From: Euglena gracilis
Lineage: Eukaryota
DNA: 64,000 nt
Direction of reading: 5' to 3'
Assembly: GCA_039621445.1 (NCBI GenBank)
Contig: CP154954.1
Span: forward strand, 20,818,642 to 20,882,641
The notes beneath the pieces are model-generated. The model was not told where the DNA came from, made no database searches, and saw only the letters and a program-made list of their open reading frames with translations. Shown one piece after another: positions 1-47,730 of the stretch; position 1 is the stretch's first letter, and each line of letters begins with the position of its first letter. The translations under genes were made by a program, and so were the position numbers.

Positions 1-260
1 CGGGTGCCGGCCGACACCTATTTGTTTTCGGGGGGGGGGGGACACGGTGAAGGAGACCCCCCCTAACTGTGGAGTATGTGCTTGGCGGGGGCTTTATGGC
101 CGGCAAAGTAAACCAGGTCAGCCCCACCAAGCTCCGGCCACCTCCACAAACACAGACAGAGGGGCCAGAGGCGGACAACAGCGCCAGGCCAGAAGGGAGG
201 ATAAAAGGCACCTAAAAAAAAGCCGCAGTGGACACGGGGGGGGGGGCATTGGGCCTCCGC

Positions 261-570
261 ATGCGGCCTGCGGGTCGGCCGGGCATCGCCCATCGCCCGG
301 CCGACCCGCAGGCAGCTGCCGGTCTCCCCCGGGCGTCCCCCGCCGCCGTCCCCCGGGTCCACAGCCCGCCCCGCAGGTCGGCCCCCTCCCCTGCAGCCTG
401 TGCCGTGCGGAGGGAGTGCCCCGAACGACTCTCCATTCCCGGCCCGGCTTCGCATCCATCACCGTCGTCGGTAGTGCTGTCGTAGCGGCTGTTGTCGTCT
501 TTCTCCTGCTTCGCTCGTCTCCACCAACAGCGTTGGACCGGTTGGCTGGCTCATACAGTCACTTAGTCAC
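261..570 (+). CDS. Possible 5' part of a single-pass membrane protein, with a putative 53-nt hairpin intron at 265-317
   Basis: Removing 265-317 joins ATG261 in frame to ORF 47..613 (MRRSPPGVPRRRPP...), which contains the hydrophobic segment FASITVVGSAVVAAVVVFLLL. No homology recognised. Confidence 0.3.
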
Positions 571-1997
571 TGGCCGACCCCCCCCCCCGAAGTGGGTGAC
601 TGGTATTTTTTAGAGTGAGGGGGGAGGTGGCAAAAAGCCACCAAAGTGCCCTGCCGCCAAAGGCGGCAGAATTTTCTTGGGGGCCATCTCTCACGTTTGT
701 TTTGCCGTCCGTTGCGGACTGCCCTGCCAACAGAAGCTCCACCCCAGAGGTCATAACTGGGGTCATATGGCACCGAAGAAATTATACCCAAAATTTCAGT
801 AATAAACACAAAACAGCAAGTAAAAAATGCAAGTTGGATGTAAGGAGCTTCTCTTAAGGAGCTCCCGAGAACGTACACATTTCTGCTGAAGAGGACAGAA
901 GACGAAGTTCTCTGGTGCCAGCAACCACATTCCAGACTCATCGCATCATGCGCGCAAGCTTGCCAGACTCGCGCGCATGATGTTTGTGAATTGGGGGCGT
1001 ATAAATGCGCATTCTGTGCTGCAGGTCCCGAACTGAGGGCTCGAGGTTGAATCTTTGCCAGTTGGTCTGCTTTAAATTTGATTTTTAATTTGATTAAATT
1101 GAATTTTTTTCCTGTTTTGATTCAAACCCAGTCTGAGGATGCTTGTGGGAAAACAGACCCCCTTGAAAATTTTTTCATCATGCTTTTCACCATTTTCTGA
1201 CATGAAAGGCAGCAAAACCTGGTCAAAAGTAGTCAAAACAGCAAACACTGACCCAAAAAGTCGGCAAAAGTGGCAAAAGCAGACAAAAAGCAGCAACGTG
1301 GCCAAAAGTGGGCAAAAGTGGACAAGAGTCGGCAAAAAGTGTTGGTTTTCGGCAGTGACGCCAATTTGTCACCAGCAACAAACATTGGCAGAAAATAAAA
1401 AAGCAACACCCAAAATATTAAAACCATGGGACGAGCGACCGACACCCAAAGCAACTTGGGGACCAGGGCAAGGTACAAGTTTTAGGCAACCCCTGAAAAG
1501 TAGTAAAAGAGCGAACCAGAAGAAAATCTCGCACACCATGAAACAGCTGGAACAGCACACGCAAACAACATCCACCATTGGCAAACCAACCCCAACCGGG
1601 GCGGGGGGGGAGGGGGACGCAACATGGACCCTGAAAAAAGCAACACAAAAAAAAACGCAAAAAAAAAACGGAAATTGCATGCGAATCCCTTAGCGAGAGA
1701 CGAAAAATTTCGGCTCTGTTGAGAAGATTTTCCATTTTACATAAAAATAAGCATTTTGTTGACCAAAAAAACACTACAATAACAAAAATTTGCCAAAATT
1801 TTTAGTCTTGGTGGAAAATCAAAAAAATTACCAAAAAAATTCAGAAACCACCGGGTGAAAAAAACCACAAAAAAACCAAAAAAAATGCAAAAACGCAAAT
1901 TTCGCCAAAATCGGAAAAAAAAAACAACAAAAAAACGTGTTTGCATTTCCCCCCCTGCCCAACCCTAACTACAGGGTCATCAACCCATCCTCTGGCC

Positions 1998-2298
1998 CAG
2001 TTCTTCCAGAACATCAGCGTCCACAAACAATACGGCATCGAACTCCGTGAGGTCCCACACATTCAGTTTGGTGTACGTGTCCGTGTACCGGCTTGTCCCC
2101 CGGTCGTCAGGGGACAGGGCAGCTTGCGTCAGAGCTTTGGCTGTGGTGCCTGACCCGGCTTTCCCACTTTGGAAGCTTCCATTCCTGGTCGTGTATTCAC
2201 CTGGGCACAAACCCAACCGCTTTCTTTGAAGGCCATCCACACACGACCCCCGCCCAACTGCCTAACCTACCCACCCATCCACCCAAACACACACACGC

Positions 2299-2330
<32 letters not shown>

Positions 2331-2343
2331 GCGCGCGCGCGCG

Positions 2344-2426
<83 letters not shown>

Positions 2427-4720
2427 GCGCGCGCGCGCGCACACACACACACACACACCAGAACACACTGAAAATAGCCGAAAGCCGGCCCTACCCGGCC
2501 GGCCTGCGCGGGACTAATCCTGGACACATCCCACTCGGTGTCCACCGCAGGAGCACAGCGCAGACACAAAAAAAAATGCAAACAAACACAAAACAACAGG
2601 GGGGAAAACAAGGGAAAAAGCAAATGGGATGATAATTCCCGACAGAGAGATGTCCAGAACGTACACTTTTCTGCTGGAGAAGACTCAGAATGCACCTCCT
2701 CACCTCCTGTGGGTAATTTTTTTAGTATGCAACATTATCTGTTGTTGCAACAAATTACATGCCCAATACGTTCAAAAATGACAAAAAGAAGACCAAAAAT
2801 ACAGATTTTTTGTCGAAAATACTTCCTGAAAATCCCAGGCAAAAAAGCAAAAAAAACACATAAAAAGGCATAAAAAATTTCCAATGTCGAAGAACACAAG
2901 AAAAACAACAAGAAAAGGTATTTCAATTCCCCCCACCTGGAGGATCGCCGTTTGCCTGCGAAACTAGCCTGCCATTTTTCTTTGCGGGAGGAGGGTGGCG
3001 TAGACTGGCCAGTGGGGCTGCCCTGTGTGGGGCTGGCGATGGAGGACACCCAGCGCACGGTGCAGCCCGCCATGCGTAGCACCTTCTGCACCTTGCTGGA
3101 CACCTGCGGGCGATGGCGACGGCCTGGTATTCAGCTTACAAAAAAGGGGGGAAACGGCCATGCATGTTTGTGTTTCACAAAAGTACCTCCCCCTCCCAAA
3201 GCCAAATGAACGCTAAGGTGACGATCTGGACGGTCCGGACGGGGGACATTCACTGGGCACGGGGGCTCGTAATTGTTTGCTAAAGGTATGTGGTGACAAC
3301 GGAGACGGTTCGGACGACCCCTCCTCATTCGGCAATGGCGGTCATTGGAGAATATGGGGGGGGGGGGGCAGGGACAAGCATCGACATTCCAAAAAAAATG
3401 TTTTGATGAATTACAGATACTGGAAAAACTCCCACCCGCTCAAGTTAACGCTGAGGAATCTGGTCCAGGGCAGGGCTGTACAGGAAAGCTTGGTGGGGGG
3501 TTGACCCCCCCACCCAGGAGGTGGGTCACTCCCCCAACCCACCAACCACAGCACCTGCTCAAAGAAGATTCTTTCGGCGCCGAAAGAGCCGAAGAAAATA
3601 TTTGACCCAAAAAAAATCGGCGCCACCGGAAATACGGGAAGGCCTGGGGGGGGGCATTGATTCACCACCCACCCACTCTCGAAAACCACCCGCCCACCCC
3701 ACCCCCAGGGGATGACCTTCGGCCGGCTATGATGTACCCCCTCCCCGGGGGGTGCAGAGGCGCAAACCCACCCACCCACTCTCAGAAACCCACCCGCCCA
3801 CCCACCCCCGGGGATGGGGTCCCACAGCTGTTAAATGAATGTGTGGTCGGACCCCCAATTCCACCAGGATGGGGGGGGGGGGGGGCGCTCACCACCCATA
3901 TGGTTTCGGTCTGAACAACCCGACAGGGGACTGGGTGGTTGGACGAGAGTAAAATTTCAAAAATCCTACTGTGGAGGGATGGAACTAGCACAGGGAGCCG
4001 ACTAAGGAGTTGAATCATCACACAGATCACATCAAACAAAGGGGGCACCTTGTTGGTGACCATGCAGATGACTTTGTTCGCCCGGGTTTTGGTGTTGAGG
4101 ATGGACCGCACGGTGACGATCGCCCCCAGTAGGTATTGGTCAGAGCGGGGTCGTTTTGGCTGCCGTGGGATTCCCCCAGGGAGGTTTTTTTTTTTTTTAA
4201 AAAAAGGACCCCCGGTCTTGCAGAAAAAAACCACCCACCCATACTTTAACCCCTATCTCCCACCCCTGGGGGGAGGCAATTTGTGGGTCAAAAAAATATT
4301 TTTGGCTTCGCGCCAAAAATAAAATAACCCCCCCCACCCCACCCCCCACTGGGAGGACTGGGGGCACCCACCCACCTCCGCGGGTCAAACCTTTAAAAGT
4401 CTACCATTCATTCGTGGGGAGCGATTGTGGCGATCCGCCCTCTACTCCACTCACGGGGTTAATCGAGTTGTGGGTGTCTTTGTGTCTGTCCTTCTCCCCC
4501 TCCCCCCCCCCCAGCCCCTGACTTCTACCACAGGCTGGCCGCTGGCACCAGCCATGTGCATGCAGGGGGCGAAGCACCCACCCGACCCAGGGTCAAGCCA
4601 GGCCCCGGCTGTCAGTGATCATGGTCGCCCACGCGACAGCGCGGCGCCGGTCGGGAGAGATGACGCCCTCTGGCACTGGGTTGAGGTCAGAAGTTTTCTT
4701 AGGACGGGGGGAAAGCATCG

Positions 4721-4812
<92 letters not shown>

Positions 4813-4979
4813 ACACATAGAGAGAGAGAGAGACACACAGACACAACACACACGCACACACACCACACCCACACCCACCCACCCACCCACACCACACATA
4901 CACACACATGCCACACACACACACACACCACACATCACACACCACACACCACACACCACACAGAGACACACACGCACAT

Positions 4980-5015
<36 letters not shown>

Positions 5016-5678
5016 CACACACACATACACACACACACACACACACACAAATGCGAGCACCCTGTGGGGGGGGGGTCCAATTTCTCTGTACTTCCTGCCG
5101 AAAATACATCTCTTGCAGGGGAACCCACTTGACCCCGGGGTGGGTCGGTTAGACAAATGGTCCCCACTCACCCCCTCCGAGGTTCCAACCTTCTTGAGAA
5201 GAAAGCTCTGGTAGAGGTCCACATTGCCAACGTACCAGTGTGACCAGAGGCCGAGGGAGAGGACGATTGCCCACGGCAAGGCGCTGAACACCTCCACCAA
5301 ACTCACCCCCAAATGTTGGCCGAATATTTCGGTGTTGGCGGTACCGTTGAGGGTTGTGTGAGAAGTAGGCGATGTCCGACACGATCGGCCAAAATACAGC
5401 ATTTATGAGGTTCCAATATTCTGGAAATGCTTTTGTCGCTGGCCAGGAGGCGAAACAAGTTCACATGGGCGGCGGAGTTTAAGAAGGGGGATGATTCCAT
5501 GTGGCGCATGGGGCATGGCGTGGAATGATTCCATGCGCCCTAGCAAAGCACCTCCTGCCCGTCGCACATGGAGGGGCAGCAAAACTCACGCTGCCGGGCA
5601 GTCCCCGAAGGTCAAGTTCCCGGTTCACAATGCCTTGGCCACCACGAGGCACTGGAGGCGGCGCCTCATCCGCCGCAT
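1998..5678 (-). CDS. Glycosyltransferase family 8 (glycogenin-like), probably type II membrane; multi-exon, 3' half not located
   Basis: Exons at ~5630-5678 ([15 protein letters not shown], tentative), 5214-~5300 (TM-like [19 protein letters not shown]), 4611-4682 ([10 protein letters not shown]), 4049-4141 ([14 protein letters not shown]), 3029-3103 and ~2000-2108 ([23 protein letters not shown]). The last contains the GT8 TKL..W and DxD motifs. Confidence 0.85.
2288..2458. repeat. Compound (CACG)n/(CG)n/(CA)n microsatellite (intronic)
   Basis: Directly visible. Confidence 0.95.
4683..5213 (-). other. Nonconventional intron with a relic 8-bp direct repeat; contains a (CA)n tract at 4722-5049
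   Basis: Minus strand GACCTC|TAC-CAGAGCTTTCTT...AAGAAAACTTCTG-ACCTC|AAC. Ends pair, the frame is preserved, and the flanks ACCTCTAC/ACCTCAAC match 7/8. Confidence 0.8.
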
Positions 5679-7104
5679 CGCACACCCCGCGCCGCGGCTG
5701 CCGCGGCCCACATTCAGCGCATGGCCCGGGAGCCGGTCGGCGGCTGCCCCGAACCCCTGCGGCGACGGACGAGAGGGGGCGGCGTGGTAGACCTTCGGCG
5801 CTGCAGTTTTAATGGGGGACTGTGATGGTTTTGGGAGAGGCCTCTGGACAACGATGGCAATGTGGATGGAGGGCACGCGCATCCGAAGGTCACGCGGCTG
5901 GAAGGCATAGCAGGCAGATGGAAAACTGTCGACTCCCAGGAGCAGAATCAACGCCAGGGGGGTCCTGACCCCCCTCCACGATACACCATTTTACAGCCGG
6001 TACCTCCCAACAGTGGTCGCACTCACCCGACCAGGAAGGGGTTTGACCAAAATGAAGCTGAAAGCGCCGGATTCTTCTTTTGGAAATAGTTTTCCAACCA
6101 ATGATTTTAGCTCCTGGGGTTAAATTGGGTGTGTTTCAGGTTCCGCCCAGTCCAGCCGTAGCCGTGACTAGACCCCTTCCAGGGCGGGCCAACCGGAAAC
6201 TTCCTCGGCCAGCTTGCTGCTTCCCTCAGGGGGTGTCTTGGGAACCCCCCATCAATGCACTTAACTTTAGCCGGGGTGGATGTCTGGCAGCTTCCGGGAA
6301 AACTTAGGAACCTCAAACATTTTGTGTAAAACAGCAAGAAAATTTCTTCTCTGTTCTGTGCCTGAGGTGGCATTTTGGCAACTTCTGCGACAACAAAGAA
6401 AATGATCAGGTGATGCAAAATGCAATTTGTCATTGGGAACAATGGGCAGCATTCCGGCACAGACACGCGCTGCGGGGTTCGGAGGCGCCGTCATTGGCCC
6501 ATAAGGGGGGGGAGAGGGAGGGAGATGGATAAGGAATTGGCGAAGTGCATTGATTGCAAAGCCCGCAGGCACAGGCTATGTGCCTCCGGGAAGCAGTGAC
6601 TGCAACGGGAGGGTCGGTGGGAGGGTGACTCGCCACAGCGCCGGGCGGTCACCGTAGCATTGTCTCCAGGAGTTGCTTCACCCTGGGGCGGGGGAGGAAC
6701 ACGCTTTCGTTCCGAGCTGCCTTCGACGGACCACCCCCAGGAATGAGGCAGTGGCCGGCCTTGGGGGCTTGGAGGGAGACTGGAAAGCCGGGGCAACCAA
6801 ACGGCACGCCAGCATGTGGCACTCATTGGGCTGTGCTCCAACCAAGCGGTTTGTTGTAGGGCCTTGCGGGGGGATTTCCAGCTGGGGCCGGAAAATCACC
6901 GGTGAATGAAAGCAGCCACCAGTTGGCAACAATTCACTAATCCGGGGGCTGCCAGCCCGCAGATGGCTTCCACTGCAACCAAATTTGGACCAGGGCATGC
7001 CAGCCCGGTGGGGCAAGCAAAAACTGAGTTATTACTCTGCCGTTTAAATGTGGCGGAACCTGTGGCAAGAAACCAACGTAACATCGCGGAAGGCCACACA
7101 ATAC

Positions 7105-9921
<2,817 letters not shown>

Positions 9922-10499
9922 GGCGGGGCCGCTGGGGAACGCGGCGGGATGGGCAGTCCCCTTGGGGAGGCCCCCAGTCCAACCACAGCGGTGTGCCAAC
10001 CTCAAAACCCCAAGAAATTGCTCCAAGTTAAATTGGGAGGCTCAAAAAAGTTGACAGGATTTGACCCGACTTCGGACCAAAATGCCGCGGATAGAATGAA
10101 TAAGCGACAGAAAAAGCGGAAGCGTCTCGAACCGAGCACCGTTCTCTGTTTTGCGGTACCCTTTGCGCAGGGGAGAAGAAAAAGGGGACACAATGAGAAA
10201 GTGTCACCTATGGCGACTGTGATATTTTGGGTTGTGTCACAGCTGTCCAGGGGAGATGGCCAAACCACATTGGGAAGCCACCCATCTCTCTTTGACCTGT
10301 CGCACCAGTCGCCTGCTGAAAATTGGGGCAGTGGTCCATTGAGAAGAGAAAGGAGGAGGTACATCGGAAGTAGGGAGGGCGAACCCTCCAGCTCGCCACA
10401 CAGTCAGGGGGATGGTGGAGGTGTGGGCAGAGGTTAGACACTTGAAAGGTGGTCGGCCTCTGTGGGGTGGGGGCAGAAGGGTGCTGCGTCGGCTGGACG

Positions 10500-25004
<14,505 letters not shown>

Positions 25005-26360
25005 GTGGGCAGGGCCGGGCCGCGGGCGGCGACCGGAAGGGAGGCGGGGCTGGGGAGGCCCACGACGCGGGGGTTGGGCGGGTGGATCCTGTTCGAACCC
25101 TTGTCCAATGGTGGTACTTTCATGTTTGAAAAAAGTTTCATTTTTATTTTCATTTTCATTTTTTTTAATTTAATTTTCATTCTTTCATTTTCATGTTAAA
25201 TTTTCATGTTTGTTTGAGGGACGGGCACGGATCAATTCCATGCAAGCATCACAGGCCAAACAAAATCATGAAACTGAGGGATCTGCCGAAAAAAAATTCA
25301 GATCCGGTCCTTGACCTGCGAGAGGGAACCTATCACCCACAGCGGATACGTTGGCCCCATGTCCCTGCAGTTCCCACAGAGATTGATTTGCATCGTTAGT
25401 CCTGCCACCCTGAAAGCTTTTCCCACAACATTCATGTGTTGAGCAGCAAAAAATTGCAAATTATGTCGTCTCATCAATTTCAGTTTTAAGAAGTGATTCA
25501 AAAATGTAGAATAGTTGACCAAAGCGCATTTGTGCTCCCAAAGCCAGGGTGTTAAATAAGCGGTGGAGGGGGGTCTGGACCGTCCATCTCCCCCAGTGCA
25601 TAAAAATGTCTGGCGCTTCATGTCAAGAATAAAATTGGGCCTTGAAAAAGCCCAAAAATCGCGTTTTCACACGCTTGTTTGAAAAATCGGTCAAAACATA
25701 CACCAGAAAATTAATATATATTAAAAAATTTTGGGTTCCCGGGGTGTCCCAGACCCCCTGAAGGGTCTGAAGGAGGAAGGGGGGGGTCTGAACCGCCTCC
25801 CCCAGGGGTGGGATTGGTCAACATCCCGGGAGATATGTCCCCTATTTACATCGCCCGGTGCACTGACTTGGGATGCATTTCGGCCATCATTCAGGAGTTT
25901 TAATCCCAGGTGACGAACTGGTCCTAAACGAACAAACTATTCATCAATATTGCAAGATTCTGCAAAGGCGTTGAAAAATCAAACGGAAAAATAACGTTTC
26001 ATCAAGATAAGTGGGGCAGACAAAGAAGAAGAGGAAGGTGGGGTAAATGGTTGTTTGAAATTTCCAAAAGAATGAAACAATATGAAACCTGTCCAACCAT
26101 TGCCCAAGGTTCGCGTCCCAGGAGAATAGAATACTGGAATAAAATGTTGAACGCAATCTACTGATCTAAGACATCTGAACTTAGGTTGGCGAAACAAAAC
26201 CATGGAGGGGAAGCAACATACAGACAGGGCTGTTTCATACATTGAGAGCTTTGGGGTGGTTAGACCGAAGTGGACCGAGGGTAGGAGGGAGGTCGAGAAG
26301 AACAAAACAGGAGAAAGAATTTGCAGAACGGTGCAGCTCGGCTTTGAGTCATTGCACTGG

Positions 26361-44650
<18,290 letters not shown>

Positions 44651-45914
44651 GGGCAGAGATTCGGCCAAAAACGGGCCTTTTCTGGGCCTCCGAGTGCCTT
44701 ATCCAAGAACCCAGGCACTGTTGGCTGTGTTCCCTATCCCCCTCCAGGGAGATCAGGGAGGGGATCTGGTTGTGAGGCTTTGGGGGGGGGGGGCAGAATT
44801 AGCACCCATCCACCTACCCATGCGCTTGTGTTGAGTGGCTTTTTTCGCACTTTTTTGGACTTCACTTTCGGACCCTCGGGGGGGGGGGGGTGGATGACAC
44901 TTATATGGTACTGCCCACCATTTGGGAACTTGCACACTTAAATGGGGGGTTATCCACTTGGTACGACCCAGGGGGAGGGGTTTAACAATAAAAGCACCTG
45001 CTTGGGGTGCCTGCAGGCCATCTGCACAACAGAAAACAAACCAAAGTCCAACTCAAACCCAAAGATGCTGGAGAAATTCCCATCAAAAGTGTGCAGGTTG
45101 CCACACATCAAAACACACCAGAACCCTCCACGGGCAATGAGGAAAAGAGGCTGTGTCTGTCTCATAACGGCATCAGCTGTGCAGGAAAGAACATACACAA
45201 ACATTGGACATCAACCACGATTGTGCGTTTTTGTCAGGAGTAGAACGACAAGACTTCTAAACCACACCACCTTGATTGAGAACAGAAAGAAGGAATAATG
45301 AACAGAAAAATGGAATGGTGCTTCCAAACAAAAGAAAAAGGCGCTCCACTGAGAGCGCCACTGACCCCCGGACTGTAACCTCTTTGCAACACTACTACGC
45401 AGGAACACTGGGTCCAAATGGCCTCACCTGTTTTGGTTGGCAGTGTAATGTGAAGGGAGATTGGAAATTTCTCATCTGATGGTAATGCATTGTCCAGTTT
45501 AACGTTGCTTGCTGAAAGCAATCAGGATTTCCACGTGCCCACCATTGTAATCATCCAAACAAAAATACAACCCCCGAACAGAAACTTCATGGGCTCGTGT
45601 TTCCAAGTGTGATCCGTGATTTATTTTTGGGTGGCAACAGCAAGGCTCAAGCAGAAGAGGTAAAGGGCTGGCATGTGCATGGCCCTGCCGCTTTGGCAAA
45701 GGGAGAGGCCAGCCAAGGCATCTGGAAGCAGCGCCAGTGATGAATGTGACAATAAGTGGGCCACAAGGCGGGAATGCTGGGTTGGGGGGATGGCTTGCCA
45801 GCCAAAGAGGGCGGCGCTAAGAGTCATTCATTTCCGGTGGCGAACAGTCATCCGCAGCAACGCACGGGTGGCACTGCACACGCCCGACTGTCGAGGCCAG
45901 AGAGGGCCACGGCA

Positions 45915-47730
45915 TCAGAAGCACGACAGGGGGCCCCAGCGCTTCTTGGCCTCGTCGCGACACCAGCGGTGGTACGGGTGCGCGTCGCTGACCCGGAGCA
46001 ACGCCCGGAGCGTCAGGGAGGGCCCCATGGCAGCGATGGCCGTGCCGGGGGACGCAGCAGAGTTTGGGGTTGACGCGCAGCGCAGGTGAGAAGGGCAGCG
46101 CCAGAAAGGGGCATGTGTCTGAATGGATGTGGAGGGGGGGGGCTGGCATTAGTGTAACCCCCCCCCCGGGAAACTGTCACCTGACAGGTTGGCCGGTACC
46201 GGGGACGCTGACAACTTCCGAAACTGACAGGTTGGCCAGTGATGGGGATCCCGACAGTTCCCCAGGCGGGACCCTGACAGGTTCTCGGGCACGACAGTTT
46301 CCCGGGGGGTGGGGGGGGGGGTAGGTAAGAGTCACCAAGGGGTGGGGGTGGCACGGGGCCCAGCGGGGCGAACTGCCGGAGATCGTAGTCGCTGGTCTCG
46401 TTCAACAGGGCGTCGGCGCGGCGCCACTCCGCCGGGAAGTTGCGGAGGTACGAGTTCCAGTAGCCGCGGCGGCAGCCCGGCGGGGCGGCGGCCCAATGCC
46501 ATTGTGTCATTTGTGTCCCAATGCAGGGGGGGGGATTGATATCGGAGGCCTTCGGAAAAATTGCGGAAAAAAATGCGGAAAAAATGCGGAAATTGCGGAA
46601 AAAAATGCGGAAATTGCGGAAAAAATGCGGAAATTGCGGAAAAAATGCGGAAATTGCGGAAAAAATTGCGGAAATTGCAGAAAAAAATGCGGAAAATTTT
46701 ATATCGGGAATATACACATTTCTGCTTGAGAGGACTTAGAAATTTTTCAACTGTGAGGTTCAGAACACCGCAACACCCACGTCGATGCATGTGCGGAACG
46801 CGTGTACTCTGCCCAATCATCCTCAAAACAATCAAGTTGAAGCAAAGGGTAATTGATGCGCAAAAGGCTCATACAGGCAGACATCTGAAAAGATCATAAA
46901 TGAAACTGCTGAAATTAATGGTCTGAAAAACCTTTGAGTTGCAACATGCGTCTTGACGCTGGCATTGAACAATGCTTCACCCCCACGCCCTTTCCCTCTC
47001 TTTCTTTTGTTGGCAGGTGCACCTGTGAGAAAAGTTGGTAAACTGGGGGAAGAAAACAACAAAACACAATAGCACACCTGTTGATCCATTTGAAGAATGG
47101 CTTGAACTCATTGCATCTTCCATCTTCGGTGGTGGGGAAAAAAATTCTGCGAATGGGAAAAAATTGCGGAAAAATTGCGGAAATTGCGGAAAAAATGCGA
47201 AAAATTGCGGATAATTGCGATAATTGCGGGAAAATTGCGGAAATTGCGGGAAAATTGTGGATATCAATTTCCCCCCCTGCCCAATGTCAGCAGGGTTGGA
47301 ATCCAAATCTGAGGCCATTTCCCCACCTCTGCATCTCACTATTTATAATTGTCAGTAGGCAGGATGCCAGGTCATTGTTGTATGGCAATGGACCCAACGA
47401 GGCAGAGGTATGCGCACTGGTGAACACCGAAGTCAAATCACCTTCGCTGGAAAAAGAAAATAAAATAATAAGTGGAATACGTCTCGCGCGCGCGACACAT
47501 TTTTTTTCTTTTGGGACTCATCTTAAGCTGCGCCGTTCTGCAACAGCGATTCAGAGGAGCCTTTGACAACAGGCGCCTGGCTGGGCAGCTGTCGCCACTC
47601 AGGCAGCGGAGCTCCTCGCGCTTCTCCTTGGTGCGGAAGCCGGTGTAGCCGCTGGCGTGGCGCTTCCACATCCAGTCCTGGAGGGACTTGCTGTGGAAGT
47701 GCTTGAGGTGGTATGCTGTGTCGTTCAGGG
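45915..47730 (-). CDS. 3' exons of an unidentified protein, possibly a glycosyltransferase-like C-terminus
   Basis: GC3-rich exons at ~47590-47727 (DTAYHLKHFHSKSLQDWMWKRHASG), ~46370-46492 (GYWNSYLRNFPAEWRRADALLNETSDYDLRQF) and ~45915-46030 (LRALLRVSDAHPYHRWCRDEAKKRWGPLSCF*). Confidence 0.6.
46155..46323. mobile_element. Family G short repeat (internally deleted duplicate at 62630-62755)
   Basis: TA-ACCCCCC..GGGAAACTGTC/GACAGTTTCCC..GGGG-TA ends; similar to 20423-20586. Confidence 0.65.
46524..47279. mobile_element. Family D element with a perfect 7-bp TSD (duplicate at 62952-63708)
   Basis: TIR CAGGGGGGGGGATTGATATC/GATATCAATTTCCCCCCCTG; CCCAATG on both sides; (AAATTGCGGA)n-type arrays at both ends in the same orientation. 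Confidence 0.9.

Noticed and set aside
860-900. VLFSRNVY as the next GT8 exon
   Set aside because: The sequence resembles intronic 2656-2690, so it is probably a dispersed repeat.
6430-6900. Final AK6 exon
   Set aside because: Several AG candidates exist, but none gives a convincing AK6 C-terminus.
46780-46815. AERVYS peptide in Family D as a transposase remnant
   Set aside because: Too short, with no supporting flanking similarity.
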